Below are positions 6,795 to 17,152 of a stretch of DNA of 28,887 nucleotides, piece after piece. Within the stretch, counting starts at the first letter, position 1; every line of letters starts with the position of its first letter. The position numbers were made by a program, and so were the translations under genes. Under the pieces are notes generated by a model. The model had not been told where the DNA came from. It did no database searches and saw nothing but the letters and a program-made list of their open reading frames with translations. Location: positions 1-28,887 of IMG/VR virus record IMGVR_UViG_3300027586_000034. The stretch is one strand, 5' to 3'. The DNA is from a virus. Lineage: Duplodnaviria; Caudoviricetes.

Positions 6795-9700
6795 TTCCTA
6801 CAATTCCATTGATTGTTAGGCCGTAAAGCTCAGGTGGATCGACTAGCTGCGTGTTTTCTATAATAAGATCACTTGGCATAATGAGTTCCACCGCAATATG
6901 CGTGTCTGCCCCAGACATATCTGCCGCCGTTCTTGATCCAAATATCGCCTTAGCCACGCCAGTTGCAGCACCTAATGCACTTCTGGTTATTGACATATCC
7001 AAGATAGTTTGAGCGCCGTTAAGTTCGTGAACAAAGCCAGTGCCACGATTTCGTGCCATTTGATTAATTCTGGCTGCTTTAGAGTTGTTGTAATACTCCC
7101 TAAGAATTAACGATTTTGACCCGCTTGTTGGTTGATACAAAATAGTGATTGATCTGTCTGTAAAATTAGACCCAACCTTTGGCGTATTATCATCAGATAC
7201 AAGCTCTAATGCACCAGTTTTGTATTGTGTGCCTATTGTCAAAAACTGGTTTGGAAGCCCCTCGTCCGTGCATTCTGCACGGCCTAAAGTTTCTGTAATC
7301 ACGCCATTAACCATTACGCTTTTAGCCATTACGGTTATTGTTTTTTGGGTTATTGCCTTTATGTACCAATTTCCTGAATTGGAAATTTGTTGGTTTTGAT
7401 CATTTGGATTGTGAGCCAACGCGGAAGCAGTTAAATCTGTCTTTAAAAAAACAATCGGAATTTGTTGGCCTTTTATAAACGTGTGGTCGTTAATAAACGT
7501 AATAACTGCAATTCCATTTACTGATCCAACAGCGTCTTGAGTAAACGCCCAACTCCCCTGCGCAACAAATTCAGCCGGTGGGTTTTGGCATACTGCAATT
7601 GCGGTTGCTTGCGTTCCTGAAGAGTTAGATGGTGGATCAATTAACAGGGCAACTTGATTATTAAACACTTGCTCAATGATTGAGGTTTGATCTGCTGAAA
7701 TTGCCACATAGCCATCACTGTCCCATGCAGGAGTCTCGCCTGTAATTGGATTCGTAATAAATGTTTTGGGCGCATATGCCCTAAACACAGCGTTAGTTAC
7801 GTTAAATGGAATTTGAGCATTGTTAGGGCATGTGATCGTAATTTGGGTTCCATTTATTGCGGAAATATACGAAAAAGCCGGAACTGAGTTTAGTGATGTT
7901 AGGTACTGATATTTTGCTAATCCAGTTGTATCTGCAACAGTAATAATATTTGTTGGCGCGTTTTGTACTGTGCCAACAAAACGGATGCGGGTGGAAGGTG
8001 TTGAGTCATTGGGAATGCTTAAAATTGTTTGATTAAAAGGATTTCCCAACTTAACGCGGTATGTAATGTCGGTGTATCTTTGCAACACCACATTTGCGGC
8101 TGGATTAAGCAACGGACTTACTGCTGCGGTAAATACAAATAAGCTATTAACAGTATTCCAATTACCGCGCGTTCCCAGAAGATTTGTTAATAGTCCGTAG
8201 TCTGTGCCACGGTCAGTTATGAGTATGTCTGAAATTACGCCATTTTTAAGCAGTGCTTGAAACCTAGCCCCGCTTCCTTGCGCACTCAGTGCAACTACCT
8301 TTGGTGCGGTGACGTACCCGGAACCGCCATTGGTTAGATTTACTGAAATGATGCTTCTATAGCCAAGATCGTTTTGGCCTGACAATGCATAGATGTTTCC
8401 ATCAATTGCAGAATACACATCATCGTGGATTTGTGTGCTTTCTGGCTTATAGGAAGATGAGGCAGTTAAAGAGTTTGGGTATGTTTCTGTCCACCATGTT
8501 TTAGTATTGATGGAATAGCACAGAACTAGATTTGGGCCGGGGGCGTTTGCGTCATCTATAACTACAAATGCTCTTAAAATTGCAGATCTAGAGTCAATTT
8601 TAATAAAAAATGATTCAGATCTAGTTGATTCAATTAAATTGTCAAGCCAGTAAGATTCTACTGCTGCACAAATATTAGTGACTGTTCCTTGTGCTGTCAT
8701 TGTGTACACGCCGCGCCGGTCTAAGCAGTAAATTTCATCGTCATAAATATCCCAACAACGCTGGTTGTATAACCCACGGTGAGCCAGCATTGAAATATTT
8801 GCGTCTACGGCTGGGTCTGTGCTGTAGGTAATTTGATAAATGTGGTTTTCTTGGGCTGCTAAAAGAACTGAGCCATACGGCATTAACGCAGTAAGGTTGT
8901 CTGTCAGCTTTTGGTTAGCTTGAATTGTGAGTGCGTTTGTTTCTGGACAACTTTCAAATTCATCGTATTCGCTAAAAAAGATGGTATTTGTGTCTAGCCC
9001 GCTGGTAGACACGCCATACCAAAGCCTATCGTTAAAAGCCGCACATACACGCATATCTGTTCGTGGCTGATCAAATCTATATGCATTTAGCCCGCCATTT
9101 GGCAAAACAACTGGCAACGCTGCATAGAATCTACGGGAAGGGTTAAACAAGCCTTCGTCCGAAAGAGCGTCAAAGTTTGTTGTGCCAGAAGCGTATCCGC
9201 GTAAGGCATTTTGCGGCGCAAGTGCTGCTGCGGCTGCGTTAGCGAACGCGCCAAACGCAGCAATGTTAGGAACCGGCACTATTGTGGTGCTCGGCGTTGC
9301 TACAGCAAACATTTCTGAGCGATAAAACACTAAGCTTTGGTCGCCATTAGTTCGCCACAATTCAACTATTTGAGCGCGTTCGGGCGTAAGGACATTGGAG
9401 TCCCACGACCATGTTAGCCTCCCTGTTGGGCCATCCGATGGTGTTGGGCCAGCGGTAATTGTGGCAATTGGCGAAAAATTACTGTACGAAATTGGCAGAG
9501 ACATATCTCGTATTGTGGTAAGCCACCCACATTGCAGCATATTAGGCCCGGTTACTGTAGCTGGATTTGTAAGCGTTATGCTTGCGTTTGCAGTTAGGCC
9601 AAGAATATAGGTGTTATCCGGTATTCCTGTGCCACGAACGTGTTGGCCAACTTGTAAACCAATGGTTGTCACCAAGGTTACTACAGCATCTCCTGATGTC

Positions 9701-12700
9701 AGTTGTCCTAATTGCGACACAACAGGCTGAATGCGCGTAAACACTACGCTTGTAGATCCAGCACTGGCAGTAGGAGCCACTGAAATAGTGATCGTAGTGC
9801 CAGATATGTTAGTGATAATTGCTCCAATGGGAATGTTTGCATTGGTTACGCCCATCCCTACCGCCAGCATTGTTGCGGGCGAAACGGTAAATGTTAAAGT
9901 ACCGGCGGTCAAAGCAACCGCAGTTTGTGTAAATGTGCTGTTTGATGGACGATTTGTAGTCGCTAAGCTTAATCCCACCAAATTCTTAATTACTGATACT
10001 GCTCGGGCGTGAAACCTAAAAAGCCCACCGTCTAGCACATATCCAGTTTTGATGAGAGATGCGCCAACGTCATCTAAAATTGCGCTCATTCTGGTTAAAG
10101 CGCCCGTATCAGAACAAGCGTAGCAAGTTCCAACTACCGTATCTGTCCAATCTGCATAACGGTATGCGCAGCTATACACGCCTTTGAACGTAGGCCGCAT
10201 AACTGCCATTAAAACAGGAGTATCGTTTTGCGTTTCAACTGAAAAACCAACATAATTTGGAGATATTCCTGTAGATGGAGTAAATCCATGCCCTCCGCTA
10301 ATTACATTAACTGATGTAATTACCCCGTTCACAATCCCGCCAACAGTCGGTACGGATAATTCCGCTCCGTAGCCACTGCCGTCATGTGGTCGTAAAACAA
10401 ATGTTGGTTGACCGCTGTAATTAGAGCCACCGCTGTTCACGGTTACGGATGTAATTGTATCTGTTGCGGCAGTTGACGGAATACTTACAGGCGTGGTGGT
10501 TACGGTAATATTAATGCCAGAATCAGCAAATGTTGGCAATGTGTTTTGCCGCAAAACTACTGATGCAGAACTAGCGTTCGTTGCATACCCCTTACCCGCC
10601 GATGTTGCGATAGCTGTGGTAATTGCGCCCGGAACGCTGGTGGTTGCACTTGTCGTTTCAAGGGTATTTGCCGTAAACGTAATATCGAAAGCATTTGCGC
10701 CCCAGCCAGTTTCTACTCTTGCTGAACCTGCGCGAGTGCTGCCAACATACGCAGTTCGATCCACTATACTAAATTGATCGCTTGCGATTCCGGTCGCAAA
10801 CCGCATTAAAAACGTAGCATTTACATTTAGCCCCGATCCGGGGTTTTGTACAACAAAAGATGAGTTTGCAGCCGTTGAGTCCCACCCGAATGCACCTGAT
10901 TGTACGTTGCGGAAATCTACAACTGGGGGGAACGGCTCAATTGTTCCCAAAAACCCTTGGGTGGTTCTTTGCTGATATTGAACGGCTCTTCTTTCCAATT
11001 TGTTGTCAAATGGATCGGGGTAAGTTCTTGTCCACCCTGTTGGTGCATATGCTAAATAAACCCTAATTACTGGGTACGCAAAATTTAAACCAAGTAAACT
11101 TGGAACATTATCTGTCGTTTGTTCTGGCAAAAGCGTAACGTCAATATAAGCAGTTGTGTTGTTTAATTTAAATACCTTGCATTCTTGTTGACTCCATTGC
11201 TCTATTGCTAAACTGCTTTTTAACCCAGTGTGCATCCATACGGAAACAAATTCATAGTTTGGAAAATAGTAATTCCTGTATCTGCCGTCATATACAGGCC
11301 TGCCCGGATTCCAAATTTCTGCCCACTGATTTCTGCTATAGCTTTCCCGCGTGTGTTGACCCCACCGATAAGTTGATTGACTAGCTACTAACCCAAAAAA
11401 TCCGTTGTTATTTAAATTCCAATACGCACCAGCAACATACAACGCTCCGTTGGGATTTAAAGATCCTGACGTTTTTGGAGCAACGTAACCAGCCGCAGTT
11501 GCCAGTGGCGCTAGCTGATAGCCAGTTTTGTTTTCGGCAAAGGCAATTCGGGCTTTCCCGCCAAGCCCAGTAGAGCTAGCAGAAGCATAAGTATTTAAAA
11601 CAAAAAAATAACCAAAATATTCAAATCTAGTTGAGTCATATGTCAATGCAACTAAATTTGTAAAACTTACGCTGGTTGCTGTCAGTGCAGTAGTTACTGC
11701 ATTAGATATAGTTATCGTAGTACCATTAATTAATTCATTAACTACAGTATTTGCAGGAATGCCTAATCCTGTAATTACCATGCCGGGAATAATTTGATAA
11801 TTCAATGCTGAAGCAGGCAACGTAAGTTTTGTAGCTCCGACTGCTGCTGTAGCTGTGATTGTCGGCCCTATTTGAGTTACTGTAGGAACGCCACTGGTTG
11901 ACAAAGAAGACGCAAAAGTATTGAGAGCAACAAACCCTGCACTCACTACTAAAGCCGTATTGCTTACGCTAAGCCCAATAGTGGCATCTGGAACTGTAAC
12001 AAGTGCTGTTCCACTAAAGTTAGTTCCGCGAGAACTTGCTTCAACTACAGTTATAATTGGCGTTGAGGTATAATTAGCGCCGCCAGCCGTCACTTCTACG
12101 GCGGAAATTACTCCACCATCTAAAATTGCTACGGCGGTTGCGCCTCCACTTCCGCTAAATGTAAGTTTTGGTGGTTGCGTATAATTACCGCCTCCTGCGT
12201 ACACATCTACCCGCTCAACAAACATTGAATTCAAGGCTAACGCAAGCCCCGGAGTTGCTAATGGGCTTTCTATACCAACGTCTACTGATAAGCTGTCGTT
12301 AGTCCTTAGCATTTGAGGCTTAATGCTGTTGCCAAAAAACATATACGTTCTGCCGTGCCTATCTTCGGCAAACGATGGAACGCTAACAGAGCCGGGAAAA
12401 ATTTGAAGAGATTGGGTTGTGTTAGCAACTGTTGAAAGAGTTGCTGCATTACTTAAAATTATTGACGCATTTGTGTCAACCGCCTGAATTAAAGTATCGT
12501 CAGGAATTCCTACTCCTAAAATACGATCTCCAACTGCAAGCCCGCTAGTGTCTGTTACTACAACAACAGGGCTATTAATGGAAATAATTCCCTGAATTAT
12601 TTTGCCGCTATCTCTATACACAGTTGTTGCGGTATAGGTAAGGCTAATGGGGTCTTGTTGGGTGCGCTGAACCCCGTAATAGAAGTCAAAAGTAAAAACA

Positions 12701-12951
12701 GCCGCATTGCTGCTTAACGCTTTTACAAAAGAATATGTGATTAGTTGATCTGGCAGCGTAGAGCGTGTTTTGCGATACATCGCTAACACAGCATTTCCAG
12801 ACTGCGAACCTAGTCTTTTAGCTAATCCACGCCGTGGCGTAAGCAAGCCGGGGCGTATGCTTTGAAGGTTGTTCTGCACAACTGCCGCTGTGGGTGGCAG
12901 CAAATACGCTGAAATTGTGTTGAAAAACCCAAGCCATTTAGTAGCTTTCAT
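6781..12951 (-). CDS. giant nozzle / tail tubular protein B-like (P22 gp10/T7 gp12-type position) with many inserted beta-repeat domains, 2056 aa
   Basis: N-terminal QNNLQSIRPGLLTPRRGL. Beta-propeller-like blades in the C-terminal half (CAAFNDRLWYG...IFFSEYDEFES, LTALMPYGSVLLAAQENHIYQI, IYCLDRRGVYTM, VLCYSINTKTWW). Directly follows the adaptor gene. Contains GG-x-x-Y-x-x-x-P and G-x-GIP repeats. Confidence 0.7.
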   Translation of the reverse strand: MKATKWLGFFNTISAYLLPPTAAVVQNNLQSIRPGLLTPRRGLAKRLGSQSGNAVLAMYRKTRSTLPDQLITYSFVKALSSNAAVFTFDFYYGVQRTQQDPISLTYTATTVYRDSGKIIQGIISINSPVVVVTDTSGLAVGDRILGVGIPDDTLIQAVDTNASIILSNAATLSTVANTTQSLQIFPGSVSVPSFAEDRHGRTYMFFGNSIKPQMLRTNDSLSVDVGIESPLATPGLALALNSMFVERVDVYAGGGNYTQPPKLTFSGSGGATAVAILDGGVISAVEVTAGGANYTSTPIITVVEASSRGTNFSGTALVTVPDATIGLSVSNTALVVSAGFVALNTFASSLSTSGVPTVTQIGPTITATAAVGATKLTLPASALNYQIIPGMVITGLGIPANTVVNELINGTTITISNAVTTALTATSVSFTNLVALTYDSTRFEYFGYFFVLNTYASASSTGLGGKARIAFAENKTGYQLAPLATAAGYVAPKTSGSLNPNGALYVAGAYWNLNNNGFFGLVASQSTYRWGQHTRESYSRNQWAEIWNPGRPVYDGRYRNYYFPNYEFVSVWMHTGLKSSLAIEQWSQQECKVFKLNNTTAYIDVTLLPEQTTDNVPSLLGLNFAYPVIRVYLAYAPTGWTRTYPDPFDNKLERRAVQYQQRTTQGFLGTIEPFPPVVDFRNVQSGAFGWDSTAANSSFVVQNPGSGLNVNATFLMRFATGIASDQFSIVDRTAYVGSTRAGSARVETGWGANAFDITFTANTLETTSATTSVPGAITTAIATSAGKGYATNASSASVVLRQNTLPTFADSGINITVTTTPVSIPSTAATDTITSVTVNSGGSNYSGQPTFVLRPHDGSGYGAELSVPTVGGIVNGVITSVNVISGGHGFTPSTGISPNYVGFSVETQNDTPVLMAVMRPTFKGVYSCAYRYADWTDTVVGTCYACSDTGALTRMSAILDDVGASLIKTGYVLDGGLFRFHARAVSVIKNLVGLSLATTNRPSNSTFTQTAVALTAGTLTFTVSPATMLAVGMGVTNANIPIGAIITNISGTTITISVAPTASAGSTSVVFTRIQPVVSQLGQLTSGDAVVTLVTTIGLQVGQHVRGTGIPDNTYILGLTANASITLTNPATVTGPNMLQCGWLTTIRDMSLPISYSNFSPIATITAGPTPSDGPTGRLTWSWDSNVLTPERAQIVELWRTNGDQSLVFYRSEMFAVATPSTTIVPVPNIAAFGAFANAAAAALAPQNALRGYASGTTNFDALSDEGLFNPSRRFYAALPVVLPNGGLNAYRFDQPRTDMRVCAAFNDRLWYGVSTSGLDTNTIFFSEYDEFESCPETNALTIQANQKLTDNLTALMPYGSVLLAAQENHIYQITYSTDPAVDANISMLAHRGLYNQRCWDIYDDEIYCLDRRGVYTMTAQGTVTNICAAVESYWLDNLIESTRSESFFIKIDSRSAILRAFVVIDDANAPGPNLVLCYSINTKTWWTETYPNSLTASSSYKPESTQIHDDVYSAIDGNIYALSGQNDLGYRSIISVNLTNGGSGYVTAPKVVALSAQGSGARFQALLKNGVISDILITDRGTDYGLLTNLLGTRGNWNTVNSLFVFTAAVSPLLNPAANVVLQRYTDITYRVKLGNPFNQTILSIPNDSTPSTRIRFVGTVQNAPTNIITVADTTGLAKYQYLTSLNSVPAFSYISAINGTQITITCPNNAQIPFNVTNAVFRAYAPKTFITNPITGETPAWDSDGYVAISADQTSIIEQVFNNQVALLIDPPSNSSGTQATAIAVCQNPPAEFVAQGSWAFTQDAVGSVNGIAVITFINDHTFIKGQQIPIVFLKTDLTASALAHNPNDQNQQISNSGNWYIKAITQKTITVMAKSVMVNGVITETLGRAECTDEGLPNQFLTIGTQYKTGALELVSDDNTPKVGSNFTDRSITILYQPTSGSKSLILREYYNNSKAARINQMARNRGTGFVHELNGAQTILDMSITRSALGAATGVAKAIFGSRTAADMSGADTHIAVELIMPSDLIIENTQLVDPPELYGLTINGIVGNDSA

Positions 12952-12954
12952 TAA

Positions 12955-14535
12955 TTAGCCCATATCTGGAAACGATGGGGAGTACCAGCCAGCCGTTCTT
13001 GGTGTTGGGGCAATCATGGTAGTTGCTCGTCCACCAATGGGCGAAATAACGTCGTTTTCAAAAGCAAGCACAAGATCACGCTTGTACACTTCCATAACCG
13101 GAGCCGCCGCTTTCCCGGCTAGTCTTGCGTACCACATTTCGCAAGCACTTAAAATTGCTGTATACATCTGCGGGCTGCAATCAATTATGTCGCTAATTGC
13201 GTACTTTACGTTTATTAGTTGTTCTGGCAAAGACTCTGTAATTCGCATTTTTAGGGTGTTAATGCGTGAGGCAACTTCCCTTTGATACACATAGGGAGTA
13301 ACTGAACCAACGCCATCTGCTTCATCAGTAGCAGATCCAAAACGAATTACACAGTTAATTTGGTTAGGGGGGAACGACGAACCTGTGCCAAATACGGTTA
13401 GTCCCAGCGGATCGGTAATTGTAAATATTGCAGGATCTGCTGTAGTAGTAGGTGCAACATTTAAAGTTATTGAAGTAGCGTTCACTATTGTTGCAATAGG
13501 TTGATTTGAAACCCCTGCGTCCGCGCTGTTTACAACAAAACCAACCTCAAGCTGGCTAGTGCTTGACAACGTAATTGTTGTATTATTAAAAATAGATGCG
13601 CCTGTGAGAATCAGTGCGTTTGACACCGAACCCTGCCTGCAAGTAGCTTCGTAACCCATAAACTTGACGGATTCAGGGATGTACCGATAGGTGTAGTAAA
13701 CGCTGGTTCCTGACGTTGGAACCCCTACAAACCGAATCTGGTAATTATCCCCAAGATCCGACCGCATAATGGTGTAGTAGTAGGGTTCGCCAGCACCACT
13801 GCTGTTAGTTTCCATCCTTTGCCAATCAGCCGGTGACAGGTAACAGTGGAGAGTCCCTACAGATTGCGTTACCAGTGCATCAATATCTTTGACGTTAGCC
13901 GGAAGTTCGTAAAAAGTCTGTGCCGTCATTTCGTATGCAGTACCAAAATTGACAATTGTGTTTGATGCGGCAGACAAAGCTGGCTGGCTTAACGAAACAT
14001 TAAAACCTGATTTGTATATGACTTTTGTGTTTTGCGGGAAAATTGAAACATTTGTGCCATCTGCACCAATGCTAATTATTTGCCCTACAACAATTTGCGT
14101 CATATCTGTGGTGTTAGGCACAACAATAAACGCATCTCCAAATGCAATTGATGTTATTGCTGCCGGGGTGTAACCGATGTTATCGACTGCCGCTTGATTG
14201 ACTTTAATAAATCCAGAAGCCGATAGAGATGTGCTTTCGACTCTTGGGAGTTGCGAAAACAACCCCGCACTCGAAAACGATAAGATCCTTTGTTCATAAA
14301 TTCCTGCCGCACTAGCAACGGTAATGTATGGGTTTCCCTGAACCACATACGCCGTTGTCCTTGTGTCATTTAAGTTGAAATACCCTGTGCGAGTGTGCCA
14401 AAGCCATTGTCGTGTTTGCAGAACTTCCCTAACCCCATTAACTACAGCCATGCGAACAGCACGGTGTTCCCCGTCTTGTGCGCCGCCCCCTACAGAAGCC
14501 AGCATATATTCAATAATGTCTTGGGCAGTAAACAC
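12955..14535 (-). CDS. head-to-tail adaptor (tail tubular protein A-like) with inserted beta-sandwich repeats, 526 aa
   Basis: Helical N-terminus (VRMAVVNGVREVLQTRQWLW), core YELPANVKDI...GEPYYYTI...IRFVGVP...YYTYRYIP, helical C-terminus (YTAILSACEMWYARL). GTG start. Lies between portal and nozzle. Confidence 0.65.
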   Translation of the reverse strand: MFTAQDIIEYMLASVGGGAQDGEHRAVRMAVVNGVREVLQTRQWLWHTRTGYFNLNDTRTTAYVVQGNPYITVASAAGIYEQRILSFSSAGLFSQLPRVESTSLSASGFIKVNQAAVDNIGYTPAAITSIAFGDAFIVVPNTTDMTQIVVGQIISIGADGTNVSIFPQNTKVIYKSGFNVSLSQPALSAASNTIVNFGTAYEMTAQTFYELPANVKDIDALVTQSVGTLHCYLSPADWQRMETNSSGAGEPYYYTIMRSDLGDNYQIRFVGVPTSGTSVYYTYRYIPESVKFMGYEATCRQGSVSNALILTGASIFNNTTITLSSTSQLEVGFVVNSADAGVSNQPIATIVNATSITLNVAPTTTADPAIFTITDPLGLTVFGTGSSFPPNQINCVIRFGSATDEADGVGSVTPYVYQREVASRINTLKMRITESLPEQLINVKYAISDIIDCSPQMYTAILSACEMWYARLAGKAAAPVMEVYKRDLVLAFENDVISPIGGRATTMIAPTPRTAGWYSPSFPDMG

Positions 14536-14537
14536 TA

Positions 14538-15089
14538 TTAGCCTCGTTTGTGTCGTGGGGCGTACTTAGACACTACCAATTCGTTTAGTTCTTTAGCATC
14601 AGCTTTGGGGTTATAAATCTTCTCTTTGGCAGAAAGCTCTTTGAGGAGTCTTTTGCTCAAGGGTTTGGACGTTGGCGGGGGCGTTTCTCTGGCTTCGTAA
14701 TCTACAATACCGCTAACGTGAAGGTTTCGTTCTTTGGCTACCTTCAGTATGTCTGCGGAACTTTCAATCCACGCCTGCGGATCACCGGGGCCGCGCTTGT
14801 CTGCCAGCCCGCTCATGTAGTATCTGCCGCTAGTGCTGATGCCAGAATGCTTAGCGTCATCCAAAATTCGCCTAGCGTGTTTCTTTGGCATCTTGTCCAG
14901 CCACTGACCGTTAAGCCTGTCTTGCATAACAGCCCTATCTGTTCCTTTAACCCCCGGTGGCATCTGCAAAGCACACATTTCAGACCACTTTGAAGTTTGC
15001 CCTTCGGCAATCATCTTCAAAAAATGGGCCTTGACCTGTTCGCTTGCGGCAGCAATATCTGGGGGAAGGAAGCTCTCTAATACAATCAT
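14538..15089 (-). CDS. hypothetical protein (183 aa) between portal and adaptor
   Basis: ATGA overlap with the portal stop; ordinary globular composition; function not recognised. Confidence 0.75.
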   Translation of the reverse strand: MIVLESFLPPDIAAASEQVKAHFLKMIAEGQTSKWSEMCALQMPPGVKGTDRAVMQDRLNGQWLDKMPKKHARRILDDAKHSGISTSGRYYMSGLADKRGPGDPQAWIESSADILKVAKERNLHVSGIVDYEARETPPPTSKPLSKRLLKELSAKEKIYNPKADAKELNELVVSKYAPRHKRG

Positions 15090-17152
15090 TGCTGCAACTC
15101 CGGGGGAATCTGTTCTAAAGGCGGGGCTTCCGATAGTACCGGAGGTGCGCTCTGCTCAGCAGAGGGAGAGCTACCTTGCGGCGCGTCCTCCGGTACATTC
15201 GGTGGCGGTGGAAGCATTTGAGGGGGAGGTGGTGGAGGAGGTGGCGGCAGTAAGTACGGCAATGGGTCAATATCTAGGCTATCGGCCCAATCAGAAATAA
15301 GAGCATTAAACGGCTGTACGATTCCTGCCATTGCTATTGGCTGGAGCACAGGGCCAAGCGTCTGAAGTGCCATTTGCATTTGTTCAACACGGGTAGACTT
15401 ATTGGGCTTTCTGGCAGATCCAGCTTCAATTCGGTATAGAAAGTCTCGGGTAAGGGAGATAATGTCTCGGGACATCACTTCCTTTTCCCATGCAATTGCG
15501 CCAATCGGCCCAAGAACTGGAGCTACGTCAGTTGGCTCAAGAAGCCATCTTGCCGCTAATGACTCACGCCGACTCAACAAGCTCATACAATCTTCCAGCT
15601 CGTTCGCCATATTATCAGGCCTAATACTAATGTTCTCTTGCTTAATCTGTGCTTCTGCTGCACTCCTATATTGGGCGCGGGTAATTCCATAAGCAAGTTC
15701 TGATAAACCAGTACGCTTATCGAACATATCTGACACAGCAGCAATGATGTCGTACATATCTTTCGTCACTTGGGGTAACTGAAAGACTGAAACAACATCA
15801 CTCACAGAACGGCCAATCATTTCACTAATTTCAACAATCTTGAAACCGCCTTGCGATGGAGCCAAAAGTTGGTCTTTCAGATCTTGATCGGCAGCTTTAG
15901 AAACGCCGATCATTGTTTCGCAGCTTGTTGAAATTCGCGTAGCCAAGAAGCTCATTGCCCAATTCAAGAAGCGAAGTTCTGGAATAGCTGGGCGAATATG
16001 GCTGATGGGCCAAGCGTAATTAGGCTTAGTGTGGAACGACAACATCGTATATGGCCATCCCTGTGGATCAGAGAAATACGGGATTGGCCAAGATGCCCTA
16101 GCAAGAAGCTCTGAAGGAACACCTGATGCTTCGTCAATTTCCTGATCCATTATGGACGGAGGCATATTAAGTGGATACTCAACGCCTTCGCACACCACCA
16201 GATAAACGTAATCGCCCAATGCGTCGAACGCACCCTTATTGTCTTTAGGGCTGTCTTTCAGCCGATCCCCTGCCCCCGTCTTGCTCCAGATACGGTAGTA
16301 AGTAACAAGATCGTTGGTTTTCCCGATCTTCTTCTTGCTGTCCCGACCTTCGTAATCAGTACGGATGTTGGTAGTTCCATCTAAGTGTTTCCTTAGATCT
16401 GATTCTGGAACTCCGTATTCCTTAGCAACTTCTGCAATTGGCTTAACACAACGACGCGCACACCACAGGGCATCGTCCCTGTTGTCAAAATCTGGGTCAA
16501 TTAGCAAAGAATCTACGGTATCGTAGAAGCTGCCAATCATTTTAACCGGGGGAGTTGAGCTATCTCCAGAAGTTTCAAGCGTGACGAGTTCTGTCCAGAA
16601 CACGCCAGCACCTTTAATCATTGCTTCGTTGACAACTTTTCTAGCTTGCGTTTTAAGGTCAAGCTCTACAGGAGTCCAGTTTAAGTATGCTTGGAGAAGT
16701 TGTGCTGCCACTCCACGGCTGCGCTTAGTGTTTTCCTGTTGTTCCAGTAGCTGAAGAATCTGCATTTGCTCTGGCTGCAATTGCATCATCATTTCAGGGG
16801 TTGGAACGGCAGGCAACCCAAGAGCTTCAGGAGAAACTTCTGGAAACTGCATTACAGTGACAGTACGCACCGGATTCCGGTGGTAAATGACACTCCCCAT
16901 AATCTCTACGAGTTCAAAAACCTTGTTAATCTGCATCCTAAAACTAGGAGGCGAGATATTGGAGTTGTATCCCCTATCTCCTCTGGCGTAGCCATCACGC
17001 CACATCCAGTTGTTTTCGCCGTCATAGAAGTTCATAGCCTCTTTTGCGTCATCTGCAAAAGGCTTTTTGTACTTAATGGCTTGCTCTAGTTTTTTAACCC
17101 AAGTAGCCGTTATTTGTCGCAGTGGACTATCGGGCGGCAAGCTCTCGCTCAA
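15086..17152 (-). CDS. portal protein (P22-like size), polyproline C-terminal tail
   Basis: ~690 aa; AMNFYDG...QINKVFELVE...YHRNP; EAMIKGAGVFW; FDKRTGLSELAYG...SAAEAQIK; YRIEAGSARKPN. Start moved from the ORF-track position 17182 to the in-frame TTG at 17152, which lies 6 nt after a perfect AGGAGG. Confidence 0.85.
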   Translation of the reverse strand: MSESLPPDSPLRQITATWVKKLEQAIKYKKPFADDAKEAMNFYDGENNWMWRDGYARGDRGYNSNISPPSFRMQINKVFELVEIMGSVIYHRNPVRTVTVMQFPEVSPEALGLPAVPTPEMMMQLQPEQMQILQLLEQQENTKRSRGVAAQLLQAYLNWTPVELDLKTQARKVVNEAMIKGAGVFWTELVTLETSGDSSTPPVKMIGSFYDTVDSLLIDPDFDNRDDALWCARRCVKPIAEVAKEYGVPESDLRKHLDGTTNIRTDYEGRDSKKKIGKTNDLVTYYRIWSKTGAGDRLKDSPKDNKGAFDALGDYVYLVVCEGVEYPLNMPPSIMDQEIDEASGVPSELLARASWPIPYFSDPQGWPYTMLSFHTKPNYAWPISHIRPAIPELRFLNWAMSFLATRISTSCETMIGVSKAADQDLKDQLLAPSQGGFKIVEISEMIGRSVSDVVSVFQLPQVTKDMYDIIAAVSDMFDKRTGLSELAYGITRAQYRSAAEAQIKQENISIRPDNMANELEDCMSLLSRRESLAARWLLEPTDVAPVLGPIGAIAWEKEVMSRDIISLTRDFLYRIEAGSARKPNKSTRVEQMQMALQTLGPVLQPIAMAGIVQPFNALISDWADSLDIDPLPYLLPPPPPPPPPQMLPPPPNVPEDAPQGSSPSAEQSAPPVLSEAPPLEQIPPELQQ

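Noticed and set aside
16868-16882. Inverted repeat CACCGGA-T-TCCGGTG in the portal gene
   Set aside because: Only 7-bp arms within conserved coding sequence (HRNPV); expected by chance at this window size.
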